Assembly (NCBI GenBank): GCA_033762295.1
Contig: JANRLW010000038.1
Span: forward strand, 1 to 64,000
Reading direction: 5' to 3'
Length of the DNA: 64,000 bases
Origin: Capsulimonadales bacterium
GTDB lineage: Bacteria > Armatimonadota > Armatimonadia > Armatimonadales > Armatimonadaceae
Under the pieces are notes generated by a model that worked only from the letters and a program-made list of their open reading frames with translations, was not told the DNA's origin and ran no database searches. Below, piece by piece: positions 28,876 to 40,965 of this stretch. Within the stretch, counting starts at the first letter, position 1. The number at the start of each line of letters is the position of its first letter. A program made the translations under genes and the position numbers.

Positions 28876-28934
28876 GGAACAGTTCGCCGTATGGTTCGGG
28901 AAGTGAATCAAAACCAGCACATTAGAAAGTTGAA

Positions 28935-29116
28935 TGCCTGACCAGGCAATCGTGACGAGCGTCCTCGACGGGGTTGCTCGTCTTCGTTCCCCGAATCGCA
29001 TTCCGCGGGCCCGGAGGCAGGACCGTGGTTCACGGGTGGCTTTCCGCCAATGCGAACGGCAGGGTACCGGCGTTGACGAACGTGACGACCGTGGTTTCGG
29101 AAAACGCGACCGTCGT
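28935..29116 (+). ncRNA. Candidate structured 5' leader RNA
   Basis: Helices GACGAGC/GCTCGTC, TCGCATT/AATGCGA, GCGG/CCGC, CCGTG/CACGG and ACGAC/GTCGT between the sigma-54 site and the RBS. No known riboswitch recognised. Confidence 0.3.
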
Positions 29117-29139
29117 GCGGGGTGACGTGGAGGATATCT

Positions 29140-30321
29140 ATGGCTCTTGAACATTTGCCGCTGGAAAAAATTCGTGCCGCGCTGGATCAGCCGCGTAAAA
29201 CGTTCTATCAGGAATCTCTGGAAGAACTGGCCGCCTCCATTAAGGAGCGTGGTGTCCTCGAGCCGATCGTCGTTCGACCGCTGAAGGGCACCGAAGCGGG
29301 AATGTACGAAATTATTATGGGTGAACGGCGGTACCGGGCTTCCCGTCTCGCCGGCAAAACCACCATTCCTGCCATCGTCAAAGAGATGTCCGACGAGGAG
29401 GCGGCGGCGGACGCCCTCCTGGAAAACTTCCAGCGAGAGGATCTCAACCCGCTGGAGAAGGCGCGCGCCGTCGAATCGCTGCTCAAGATCATGAGCTACG
29501 AGAAGGTGTGCAAGGTTCTCGGCGTTTCGGAAACCACGGTGCGCCGGTTGATGGAACTGCTGGAACTGTCGCCTCAGGTACAGCAGGAGCTGGTGCAGCG
29601 TCCGGGCAACCCGGCCAGCAACTTCTCGGAAGGTCATGCTCGCGCCCTGTCCGCCCTCAATGACGACCCGGCCACTCAGGCGCGTCTGATCGCCAAGGTC
29701 AAACAGGAACGGCTCAGTGTCAATGCTCTCGAGCAGATCATCCTCAACCTTCAGAAGTTTCCCTCCAAAAAAGAGGTATTTCTTCGGGTTTCCCATACGG
29801 TCGGTGACCAGATGGTGCGCTCCCTTACCAATCGCGAGGAACGTAAAAAACCGTACCGCGCGCAGACGGCGAAGGAGCATCTGAAGAGCATCGACAAACA
29901 GGCCTGGACACTGACCGATCTGCTGGACGAGCGCATCGTCGAGTACCTGACCCCGGAGGAGATGAACCATCTTCTGGCGATCACGATGCAGGCGACCCGA
30001 CAGATGGAGATCTTCAACCACCGGGTGCGAACCGCCCTGGAAAACCGCACGTTCGGTTTCAAGGAAGTGTACATTCACTGCCCCCTGTGCGGACGTATCG
30101 AACTGATCGGGGCCGTCCGCTGTTCGACCTGCTGGTCGGTGCTTCGCCGTTGTTGCGACTGCGGAAACTTCAATCGGGCAGGCGAGCGTTGCGAACTGTA
30201 CAACCGTGAGGTAAAAGCCGAGGACGCGGAAAATCCGAAGGATACCTCTCCCTCTTTCCGATGCCCCGATTATCGGCCGAAATTTACGCCCAAGCTGATG
30301 AAGATGAAAATGAGCCAGTAA
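29140..30321 (+). CDS. ParB/Spo0J-family CTPase-HTH protein with a C-terminal Cys-rich metal-binding domain
   Basis: QPRKTF, LAASIKERGVLEPIVVR, GERRYRA, LLENFQREDL, HTH and SEGHARAL; C-terminal CPLC-X10-CSTC-X6-CCDC...C...C; GGAGGA RBS. Confidence 0.9.
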   Translation: MALEHLPLEKIRAALDQPRKTFYQESLEELAASIKERGVLEPIVVRPLKGTEAGMYEIIMGERRYRASRLAGKTTIPAIVKEMSDEEAAADALLENFQREDLNPLEKARAVESLLKIMSYEKVCKVLGVSETTVRRLMELLELSPQVQQELVQRPGNPASNFSEGHARALSALNDDPATQARLIAKVKQERLSVNALEQIILNLQKFPSKKEVFLRVSHTVGDQMVRSLTNREERKKPYRAQTAKEHLKSIDKQAWTLTDLLDERIVEYLTPEEMNHLLAITMQATRQMEIFNHRVRTALENRTFGFKEVYIHCPLCGRIELIGAVRCSTCWSVLRRCCDCGNFNRAGERCELYNREVKAEDAENPKDTSPSFRCPDYRPKFTPKLMKMKMSQ

Positions 30322-30390
30322 TGCCCGCCGGCGTTCCGGCAATTCAGGTATGCGTTTCGGGCCGCACGGCACCGTGAACAGGAGCAGCAG

Positions 30391-31347
30391 GTGAACTTCG
30401 CGAAGAAATTGCGGGAAGTCGTCGCATCGAACTTTATTGAAATCGCCAAGACGGAGGAGAACGATGCGTCTCCCCGGAGGACGCCGGATATCGATCGTGT
30501 CTCCCCTCCGGCGTACATGGACGCGCCGCCGCCCCCGCCGGTCGTCCCGCCGGTCGTTCCCGTAACGTCGGAAAGCGGAACGATCGCTCCGGACAACGAC
30601 ACCGACCATCCGGCAAACGAGGTAGCGGCGGAAACCACGACGGTTCCGGAGACGGTCGTTGCCGAACCGGTTCCCGTGTCCGTGGAACCGCCCGTCAGCG
30701 CCCCGGCGCGCCGTAATCTTCTGGCCCTGGTCGCCCCGCACGAGCCGGTGGACCTCGAGAGAATCCTCCAGGAGGCGCGACTGCCCCAGGTCCCCTTCAG
30801 CGCGGAGCAGGCCGCCAAAGTCCTGGCAGCCCTTCCGGCGGACCTTCCGCTTCAGGTCAAGCGCATCACCGTCAAGGCCACCATGGAGGCGGTCGAACGA
30901 ACCCGCGCCATCGAGCCGCAGGAACTGGTCGCCGACGCCATGCTGAAAAAGGCTCACCTCTCCGACTATCGGGAGGAGTTTCACGGGCACGTGGAGGCGC
31001 TTCACCAGGAGACGGACCTGGAAATCGAACGGCTGCAGGCGGAAATCGAGCGGCTGCGACAGTTGAAAGCCTCGTTCGATCGAAAGAAACGGGCGCTGAA
31101 CCAGGCGGCGGACGAACGAATCGCACAGATGGAGCAGGTCATCGTCTTCTTCCAGAGCGAGGTCGCCCAGGAACTGGAGCAGGCGAAACCCCTGACCGTG
31201 GACGACGACGAGGAACTGCCTCCGTTTATGCGCGACGATTCCGTCATGAAAATGCTGGGCATGGAAACCGCCGCGGCCGCCCCGGAAGGCGCGAACAACG
31301 AGGAGGAGCGTCGGCCGCTCGCCAGCGCCGGATCGACCGCCCACTGA
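30391..31347 (+). CDS. Hypothetical protein: amphipathic N-terminus, Pro/acidic disordered linker, helical domain and coiled coil
   Basis: AGGAG RBS and GTG start; heptads LEIERLQAEIERLRQL. Confidence 0.8.
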   Translation: MNFAKKLREVVASNFIEIAKTEENDASPRRTPDIDRVSPPAYMDAPPPPPVVPPVVPVTSESGTIAPDNDTDHPANEVAAETTTVPETVVAEPVPVSVEPPVSAPARRNLLALVAPHEPVDLERILQEARLPQVPFSAEQAAKVLAALPADLPLQVKRITVKATMEAVERTRAIEPQELVADAMLKKAHLSDYREEFHGHVEALHQETDLEIERLQAEIERLRQLKASFDRKKRALNQAADERIAQMEQVIVFFQSEVAQELEQAKPLTVDDDEELPPFMRDDSVMKMLGMETAAAAPEGANNEEERRPLASAGSTAH

Positions 31348-31465
31348 TCGACCCCGGAGGTTCCCTTTTCCCGGGTCGACGGACTATCCGTCGTCCCGAA
31401 ATCAGGAACCTCCCCCCCTCCGGATGCGTAGCAAAAGTAGAGCTTGTTTCCGAGGGCGCCTGACT

Positions 31466-32689
31466 ATGTCCATTTTCCGCCGACGCCGCGCTTTTCCCGG
31501 CATACTGACCGCCATCTTCATCCTTCTTCCGGGGTCACTTCTCCCCGCATCGGTGTTCGCGGGCGACCCTCCGCAGCAGAACGACGCGAAGAAAACCGAA
31601 AAAACCGAAAAGAAGGCCAAACCGCCCGGCGAAGATCCGGAAGTCAAACTCGGTCAGCAGTCGCATGAGGAGATGGTGAAATCGGGCCTCAAACTGATCA
31701 CCGACCCCGCGCTGGTCGCCCGTGTCACCGAGATCGGAAAGAAAATCGCCGCGATCGCCAACACGACGAAGACCGAGGCGACGTATGGCTCCTCGGAACT
31801 CGTCCCCTACGATTACAAATTTTTTATCGTCGACGATCCGGATGTCAACGCCTTTTCGCTTCCCGGTGGCTATATCTATATCAATAAAGGGCTGCTGAAC
31901 TACGTGCAATCCGACGATGAACTGGCGGGCGTCCTCGGTCATGAGATCATTCACGCCGCCCACCATCATGTCGTCCGCCTGCAAAAGGAGCAGAACAAGC
32001 TCAACAATGCCATGTTGATCACCACACTGGCAACCCTTTTCGCCCGGGTTCCGACCGCGGACGCACTGAATGTACTTCAGGGCTTCCAGCTGGTCGCCCT
32101 GCAAAAAGTGAACGGATTCGGTCAGAATGCGGAACGGGATGCCGACCGCGCCGGGCTGATCGTGATGCATAAGGCCGGGTATAACCCGGTCGGGATGCTG
32201 ACGTTCATGGAACGGCTGAGCCGGGACCAGAGACTGCGACCGGATATCGAACTCGGTATTTTCCGCACACACCCGCCGGAAAACGAACGGGCGGACGCTC
32301 TGACCGCTCAGATCAAGGAGCAAAACCTGCCGATCAACCGGCGGGCCGTCACCAAAATGCTCAGGGTGGAGGTTCGAACGGTCGCCCTCAATAAGGATGT
32401 TCAGGCAACCGAAGTGCTCCTCGACAAGCAGATCGTTTACCGCACTCCGTCCGAAGCACGGGCCAGGGAGGCGGCGGATCGTCTCAACCGACTCCTCGAC
32501 CATAACATCCAGTTGTTCGACGTCACGCGCAAGGGCGTTTCCGTTCTGGTGCGCGGCGAAGCCATCTTCACGGTCGGCGCGGCGGACACCGATCTCCCCG
32601 GCAGTCCGTCCGCCGAAAAACTGGCGGAAACCGGCTACAAAAACCTTCGGCTCGCGCTCTACCGCCAGTCGGTCGAAACCAGCTTCTGA
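31466..32689 (+). CDS. Secreted M48-family Zn metalloprotease (BepA-like)
   Basis: VNAFSLPGG, HEIIH, ERDAD and FRTHP. Confidence 0.9.
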   Translation: MSIFRRRRAFPGILTAIFILLPGSLLPASVFAGDPPQQNDAKKTEKTEKKAKPPGEDPEVKLGQQSHEEMVKSGLKLITDPALVARVTEIGKKIAAIANTTKTEATYGSSELVPYDYKFFIVDDPDVNAFSLPGGYIYINKGLLNYVQSDDELAGVLGHEIIHAAHHHVVRLQKEQNKLNNAMLITTLATLFARVPTADALNVLQGFQLVALQKVNGFGQNAERDADRAGLIVMHKAGYNPVGMLTFMERLSRDQRLRPDIELGIFRTHPPENERADALTAQIKEQNLPINRRAVTKMLRVEVRTVALNKDVQATEVLLDKQIVYRTPSEARAREAADRLNRLLDHNIQLFDVTRKGVSVLVRGEAIFTVGAADTDLPGSPSAEKLAETGYKNLRLALYRQSVETSF

Positions 32690-32696
32690 GGAATTC

Positions 32697-33611
32697 ATGA
32701 CCGGCCAGTCGCCGTTCGTTCGTGTGGCCGTGTTCGCCATGCGAACACGTTTTGAAATTCTTCTGTGCGGCGAGGACCGCGAAAGCGACCTTCGCGCGGC
32801 GGGCGAGGAAGCCCTGGAGGAGATCGTCCGTATCGAATCGATGCTGACGGTTCACCGTCCGGACGGCATGCTTCACCGCCTGAACGCGGCCGCCGGCCAG
32901 GGTCCCGTGAGGATCGATTTCCCTCTGCAAACCTTTCTCCGTCGGGCCCTCGATCTGTCGCTGGCGACCGACGGAGCGTTCGATCCGACCGTCGGTCCGC
33001 TGATCGATCTCTGGCGAGGCGCAGGCGAAACCGGAGCGTTTCCCTCCCCTGAAGAGATCGCGGATTGCCGGGCGACCGTGGGTTCGGATAAGGTCCGGCT
33101 CAATGACACCGAGGGCACTCTCGCTCTGCCGGTGCAGGGAGCGCGATTCGACCCGGGAGCCATCGGTAAAGGCTACGCACTCGACCGTGCCGCCTCGTTA
33201 CTGCGAGAGACGGGAGTCCGCTGCGCTTTGCTCCATGGCGGCACTTCCTCGGTGGTTGCGATCGGCGCGCCGCCCGGTTCGCCGGACGGGTGGCCGATCG
33301 CGGTCGGAAATCCGCCCTCCGATTCCGACGCGGTTTATCTGACCGACCGGGCGCTGGGCGTGTCGGGAGTCCACGGGCGGACGTTTCAGGCGGGGCGACG
33401 GTCGTTCGGTCATGTGATCGATCCGCGCTCCGGATATCCGGTCGACCGCTCCGGGCTGGCCGCCTGCCTCCATCCTTCGGCCACGGTGGCGGACGCTCTC
33501 TCCACCGCCCTCCTGGTGGTCGGTGAAGAGGGTCTGCCCGCGCTTTCCGCCCGGTTTCCCGAAGCCCGCTGGATCCTCAAAGCAAGCAAAGCCACGCCCG
33601 GGTCGGACTGA
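32697..33611 (+). CDS. apbE: FAD:protein FMN transferase
   Basis: FDPTVGPL, DPGAIGKGYALD, HVIDPRSG and ADALSTA. Confidence 0.88.
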   Translation: MTGQSPFVRVAVFAMRTRFEILLCGEDRESDLRAAGEEALEEIVRIESMLTVHRPDGMLHRLNAAAGQGPVRIDFPLQTFLRRALDLSLATDGAFDPTVGPLIDLWRGAGETGAFPSPEEIADCRATVGSDKVRLNDTEGTLALPVQGARFDPGAIGKGYALDRAASLLRETGVRCALLHGGTSSVVAIGAPPGSPDGWPIAVGNPPSDSDAVYLTDRALGVSGVHGRTFQAGRRSFGHVIDPRSGYPVDRSGLAACLHPSATVADALSTALLVVGEEGLPALSARFPEARWILKASKATPGSD

Positions 33612-33615
33612 ACGC

Positions 33616-36670
<3,055 letters not shown>

Positions 36671-36679
36671 ACGGCGTTT

Positions 36680-39418
36680 CTACGGTTTTTCCAGCGAGGC
36701 GAGGGGGTTGGCCGCGTTATCGGGATTGCGAGAAAAGCCCGGGTCGGTTTGCGTCTCCAGAACGAACCCATGCCAGGCATCGTTTCGGACCATTCGTTCG
36801 CAAAGCATCCGTAAGGAGCGGCGGTCGATTCCCGACCATAGTTGAATAATGCGATACGCCAGACGGGATTGCGCCTTCGCCTGCGTGACCTCGTCGGCGG
36901 GCCGTTCTCCCCCTGGAAAAATGTCTCTATAAAACGGGAGCGGCGCGTCCGGTCGATCCCACGAACCGAACCAGGGTCGATACCGTCCCTCCGTCGTCCG
37001 GGCGGCGATCAGAAGGTCGAAGGACCTATCGCCCGTCCCGATCGTCCCCTCATACAGCGATCGGAGGAAGGCCACGTTCGTTTCCCGACGGAACTTGCTC
37101 CATTGCTCGGTAAGTTCCCGCTCCCGGTCGAAACCGTCAAAGAACGCCAGCCGGGTATTGGCCCGCCCCGTTCGATAGTAGTTCGGAAACACATCGATCG
37201 GATCGCTATGATTCCGGCGAAGGAACTTCAGGCGCATATCCTCGCCGTACCCGAGTTCCGTTTCGGGATCGCTGCTCGTCAAAAACCGATCGTCGGAACC
37301 GCGATAGCCGTTCGGGGCGTCCGTTCGCCAGACGACACCGGCGATTCCCTCCCGTTTCCGCAATGCGACCAGCAGTTCGGTCAGGTCCTCGCGCACTCCC
37401 GGTCCGCTCGGCGAAACGTAGACCGGCCCGTTGGGCATGGGGAACGACGGAGGTTGGGGGCCGCGCTTCGCCTGTGCGAACCACGCCTGACGCCGCAACT
37501 GACGTATCTCCGCTTCCAGGGAATTGTCACCGAGAATCGTTCGATCGCGGACGGATTCGGAGGCGTTGGCGGGAGCCCAGGCCAGCAGATCGACGACCGG
37601 AAAGACACGAATCCCGGTTCCCTTCGCCGCCTCCAGAGCCAGCGTCAGCACATCGCCTTCCGGTTTTCCGGCGGTCGGCGCCGACCGCTTCGTTCCGCCG
37701 ATATGGGCGACACCATCCGAGAAGACATCCAGCCAGAGTTCGTTGAACGTCAGGCGTTTCATCGAAGAGATCAGGGCGTTCACCTCGTCCGCCGTTCGTG
37801 GCCGGGCATACACCGCCCGCCGTTCGATCGCCTTCATCAGGGCTATCAGGTCGTCGATCGTCGGCGGTTTCGGAGAATCCGGCGGCTCCGTCGACGGAAC
37901 GGATGGTTTCGCCTCCGCCCGCATTTTCTCCGCCATTAGGTGCATCGCCTGTTGCGACGGGCGGAAAATTCCGGTCATATCCATGCTCAGGTTGACCGGA
38001 CCGTCGAGCGAGGGCAGCAACAGTTGGAGCATCGGGTTCGCCTGAACGAGAAACGTGCCCTCCAGCGTTCGTTCCGGGTCCCGCCGGCGGTAGTTATAGG
38101 TGATACGGGCGACCTCCTGTTGCGCGGGCGACAGTTCCGCGAACGGCACCTCCGCCTGTTCCTGACTGTGATAGGCGATACCGAACGGATCGTTCCTCTT
38201 GGCGTCGGCGAGTTTGCGCTGTGCGGCGTTCATCGCCAGCGGTTCATCGAACGTCGGCAGAACGCGCTGCGGATACCGTTCCAAAATTTCGTCCCCGGCG
38301 CTTTCGAGGGCGGTCCGGCGCAACTCCTCCGCCTGCCGTTCGAAACTCGCCCACCGCTGTCGACGCGTCCCGATGCCGACCCGGTCGTCGGTCAGGACGA
38401 ACGCCGGGCCGACCCGACGGTAAGCGCCGGTCACGCTCAGTGCCAGAGCGCGCAGCACATCGGCGGCCCGCCCTTCCGGTCTGCCGATCACCGTCACCCT
38501 TTTGTTCTCCAAACGGTAGTCGGCATAGAGTTCGGTTTTTGTCGCACGCCCAATTCGCTCGATCAGTTCGCCGACCGTCCGCACGCTTTCCAGCGAAACG
38601 GCGACCTGCAGGGAAGGCGTCGAGAAATCCAGGTCCCCTGGTTTCAGCCGGTTCGGCACCTCGGTCCGGACCCTGGCGCCGCTCACCCGGTCCGCCTCAA
38701 AGTTCTCCGGGGCGATCTGGAAATAGCGGGGCGGCGCCTTTTTCGGGCGGAAACCCATTCCGAAGACATGGTGTGTCGGCTTGCCCGCGACCGGCATGCC
38801 GAGCGATACCATCTGCCCGAGACGCAGTCGCGCCTGCGGCAGTTCCTCGCTCCGATCCTGAATATCCTCGTCGCGATTCGGTCCGTCCGGCACGTCGTAC
38901 TGCACGCGCAGAACGCCGTTCGGGAACAGGGCGCGAAAGAGATCCCGTTGCTCTTTGGTGTTGAGTTCCTGTACGGCGACTCCGTTCCTGCTGACGAACG
39001 CCTTCCATTGTTCGGGGGTAAAGGTGGCGGCGAGCAGCTTGAAGAGATCGCCGGGCGGCGCTCCGTCCCAGGGGTTCGGTTCGGCGGACGGGGAGTGCAG
39101 GAGGGACATCGTTCGAGGGACCAGCGCCAGCAGTTCCCCGGAGGGAACCGCTTTCCTTCCGAATGCGGCGGCGATTTGCGAGGGCGACGGGCGTCCGGGC
39201 AGCGATACCGCGTCACGGGTTCGAAAGGCGCGATCGGGCGCGACGACCAGTATCGTGCGTGTCCCGGCGACCGGATACGCCGCCAGAGCCGCTTCCAGAT
39301 TCAGCGGCGCGAGCGAAACGCGGGGCGGCGCACTCTGCCCCTTTGCCGAAACGCTCCATAGAATCATCGCTACCGGCGCCACAAGACGAACGATGACACG
39401 GTTTGCTCGACGGACCAT
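36680..39418 (-). CDS. Large secreted protein with an STN-like segment and a degenerate GHL10-like TIM barrel
   Basis: Signal peptide; FNELWLDVFSDG..DVLTLALEAAKGTGIRVFPVV resembles the GHL10 N-terminal strands. Confidence 0.65.
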   Translation of the reverse strand: MVRRANRVIVRLVAPVAMILWSVSAKGQSAPPRVSLAPLNLEAALAAYPVAGTRTILVVAPDRAFRTRDAVSLPGRPSPSQIAAAFGRKAVPSGELLALVPRTMSLLHSPSAEPNPWDGAPPGDLFKLLAATFTPEQWKAFVSRNGVAVQELNTKEQRDLFRALFPNGVLRVQYDVPDGPNRDEDIQDRSEELPQARLRLGQMVSLGMPVAGKPTHHVFGMGFRPKKAPPRYFQIAPENFEADRVSGARVRTEVPNRLKPGDLDFSTPSLQVAVSLESVRTVGELIERIGRATKTELYADYRLENKRVTVIGRPEGRAADVLRALALSVTGAYRRVGPAFVLTDDRVGIGTRRQRWASFERQAEELRRTALESAGDEILERYPQRVLPTFDEPLAMNAAQRKLADAKRNDPFGIAYHSQEQAEVPFAELSPAQQEVARITYNYRRRDPERTLEGTFLVQANPMLQLLLPSLDGPVNLSMDMTGIFRPSQQAMHLMAEKMRAEAKPSVPSTEPPDSPKPPTIDDLIALMKAIERRAVYARPRTADEVNALISSMKRLTFNELWLDVFSDGVAHIGGTKRSAPTAGKPEGDVLTLALEAAKGTGIRVFPVVDLLAWAPANASESVRDRTILGDNSLEAEIRQLRRQAWFAQAKRGPQPPSFPMPNGPVYVSPSGPGVREDLTELLVALRKREGIAGVVWRTDAPNGYRGSDDRFLTSSDPETELGYGEDMRLKFLRRNHSDPIDVFPNYYRTGRANTRLAFFDGFDRERELTEQWSKFRRETNVAFLRSLYEGTIGTGDRSFDLLIAARTTEGRYRPWFGSWDRPDAPLPFYRDIFPGGERPADEVTQAKAQSRLAYRIIQLWSGIDRRSLRMLCERMVRNDAWHGFVLETQTDPGFSRNPDNAANPLASLEKP

Positions 39419-39533
39419 AGCTACCCTCTTCCGTATCCCGACGAGAGACCGTTCCGCTTTTTTCGCCGTGATTCCTCTCCGGCTGGCGCAGTTCCGTCCC
39501 TTCCAACGTCGCGGCCTGTATAATGCGTGGAGT

Positions 39534-40826
39534 ATGTCCTATCGCGATCTGCTGGCGATCCGACCCTTCCGTAACCTCTGGCTCGGTCAGGCTATCTCTC
39601 AACTGGGGGACGCCCTCTATGCTCTGGTTTTCCTCTTCATGGTCGATAAACTGACCGGGGACGCCCGGATGGTCGGCATCGCCGGGGTCGCCCAGACGCT
39701 GCCCTTCCTACTCCTGTCGCTCCATGCCGGGGTCGTGGCGGACCGACAGGACCGACGCCGGATCATGCTCTTCGCGGACGTGGCGAGCGCGATCATCCTG
39801 GTGACTTTCGGCCTGGTGCTCTGGTTCATTCCGAAGCCGCCGGTCGTCGCCCTGATCGGGGTCGGTGGCGCTCTTTCGCTGGTGAACGTCTTCTTCGCCC
39901 CGGCGAAGAGCGCGGCCATCCCGCGTCTGGTCCCTCCCGAAGCGCTTTCGACGGCGAACGGCCTGTCGATGGCGACCCAGAGTTTCATGCCGCTGATCGG
40001 TATGGCGATCTCCGGCGCGGTTCTCGGAGCGCTGTACGCCATCTCGCCGACCTATTTCTTTCTGTCGGCGGTTCTTCTCAACGCGCTCTCCTTCGGACTC
40101 TCCGCCGTCTATATCCGTCGTCTCCCGCCGCTTCTCCCGGACAAAGTCGCCGATTCGTCGTCCGTCTCCCCGCTGCGGCAGTCGTGGCGGGATACCATCG
40201 ACGGTCTGCGATATATGCGCCGTGAGCATGTGCTTTTTGTGGTCCTGATCCTGACCCTTCTGTTCCAGTTCTTCGTCGCGCCGTTTATGGTCGTCTATGT
40301 CAAGGTGAACCGGGAATGGTTCGGCGGCGCCTATGCGACTCTGGCGTTATGCGAGGGGTCGTTCTTCACCGGAATGATCCTGAGCGGTATCTGGGTCGGG
40401 CGGCGGGAGATACGGCGTCCGGGTATCGCCTTCATTCAGGGGATTACGATCCTCGGTCTGACGATCGCGGCCATGGCGTTCTCGCGTCCGGTCGGATGGT
40501 TCGCTTTCTGGAACTTCGTCGCCGGTCTCGGGATTCCGCTGGCGCAACTTCCGATGACCACGTATATCCAGACCGTCGTTCCGGACCATTTCCGCGGGCG
40601 TGTGAATTCCGTGCTGACCATGGTGAGTATGGGTGTCCAACCGGTCGCGATCGGATTGGGCGGCGTGCTGCTCGAAGCGATCGGCCCGTCGAACATGCTT
40701 CTGGTGATGGGTCTGGCGATGGCCGCCTCGGCCGTCGCCGGGTTCGCCGACCGCGCCTTTCGCACCGCGACACTGGGAGATCCGGGCAGCTACCGGGAAG
40801 TGTCCGACGGAAAGTCGGATTTATAG
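39534..40826 (+). CDS. MFS transporter (MFS_3/macrolide-efflux-like)
   Basis: FRNLWLGQAISQLGD, GVVADRQDRRRIM and VVPDHFRGRV; about 12 TM helices. Confidence 0.9.
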   Translation: MSYRDLLAIRPFRNLWLGQAISQLGDALYALVFLFMVDKLTGDARMVGIAGVAQTLPFLLLSLHAGVVADRQDRRRIMLFADVASAIILVTFGLVLWFIPKPPVVALIGVGGALSLVNVFFAPAKSAAIPRLVPPEALSTANGLSMATQSFMPLIGMAISGAVLGALYAISPTYFFLSAVLLNALSFGLSAVYIRRLPPLLPDKVADSSSVSPLRQSWRDTIDGLRYMRREHVLFVVLILTLLFQFFVAPFMVVYVKVNREWFGGAYATLALCEGSFFTGMILSGIWVGRREIRRPGIAFIQGITILGLTIAAMAFSRPVGWFAFWNFVAGLGIPLAQLPMTTYIQTVVPDHFRGRVNSVLTMVSMGVQPVAIGLGGVLLEAIGPSNMLLVMGLAMAASAVAGFADRAFRTATLGDPGSYREVSDGKSDL

Positions 40827-40965
40827 ATCGTTCGAAGGACCGGACAAAGGGATTTGTGAAAGACGTGATTGCCCTTCCATGATACTCTGAAGTGTCGGAG
40901 TTCGGTTCCTTCGCCCTGACATACTCCGAGAACGTTTCGAATCCTCCGACGAGAAGGGTGGGCCA

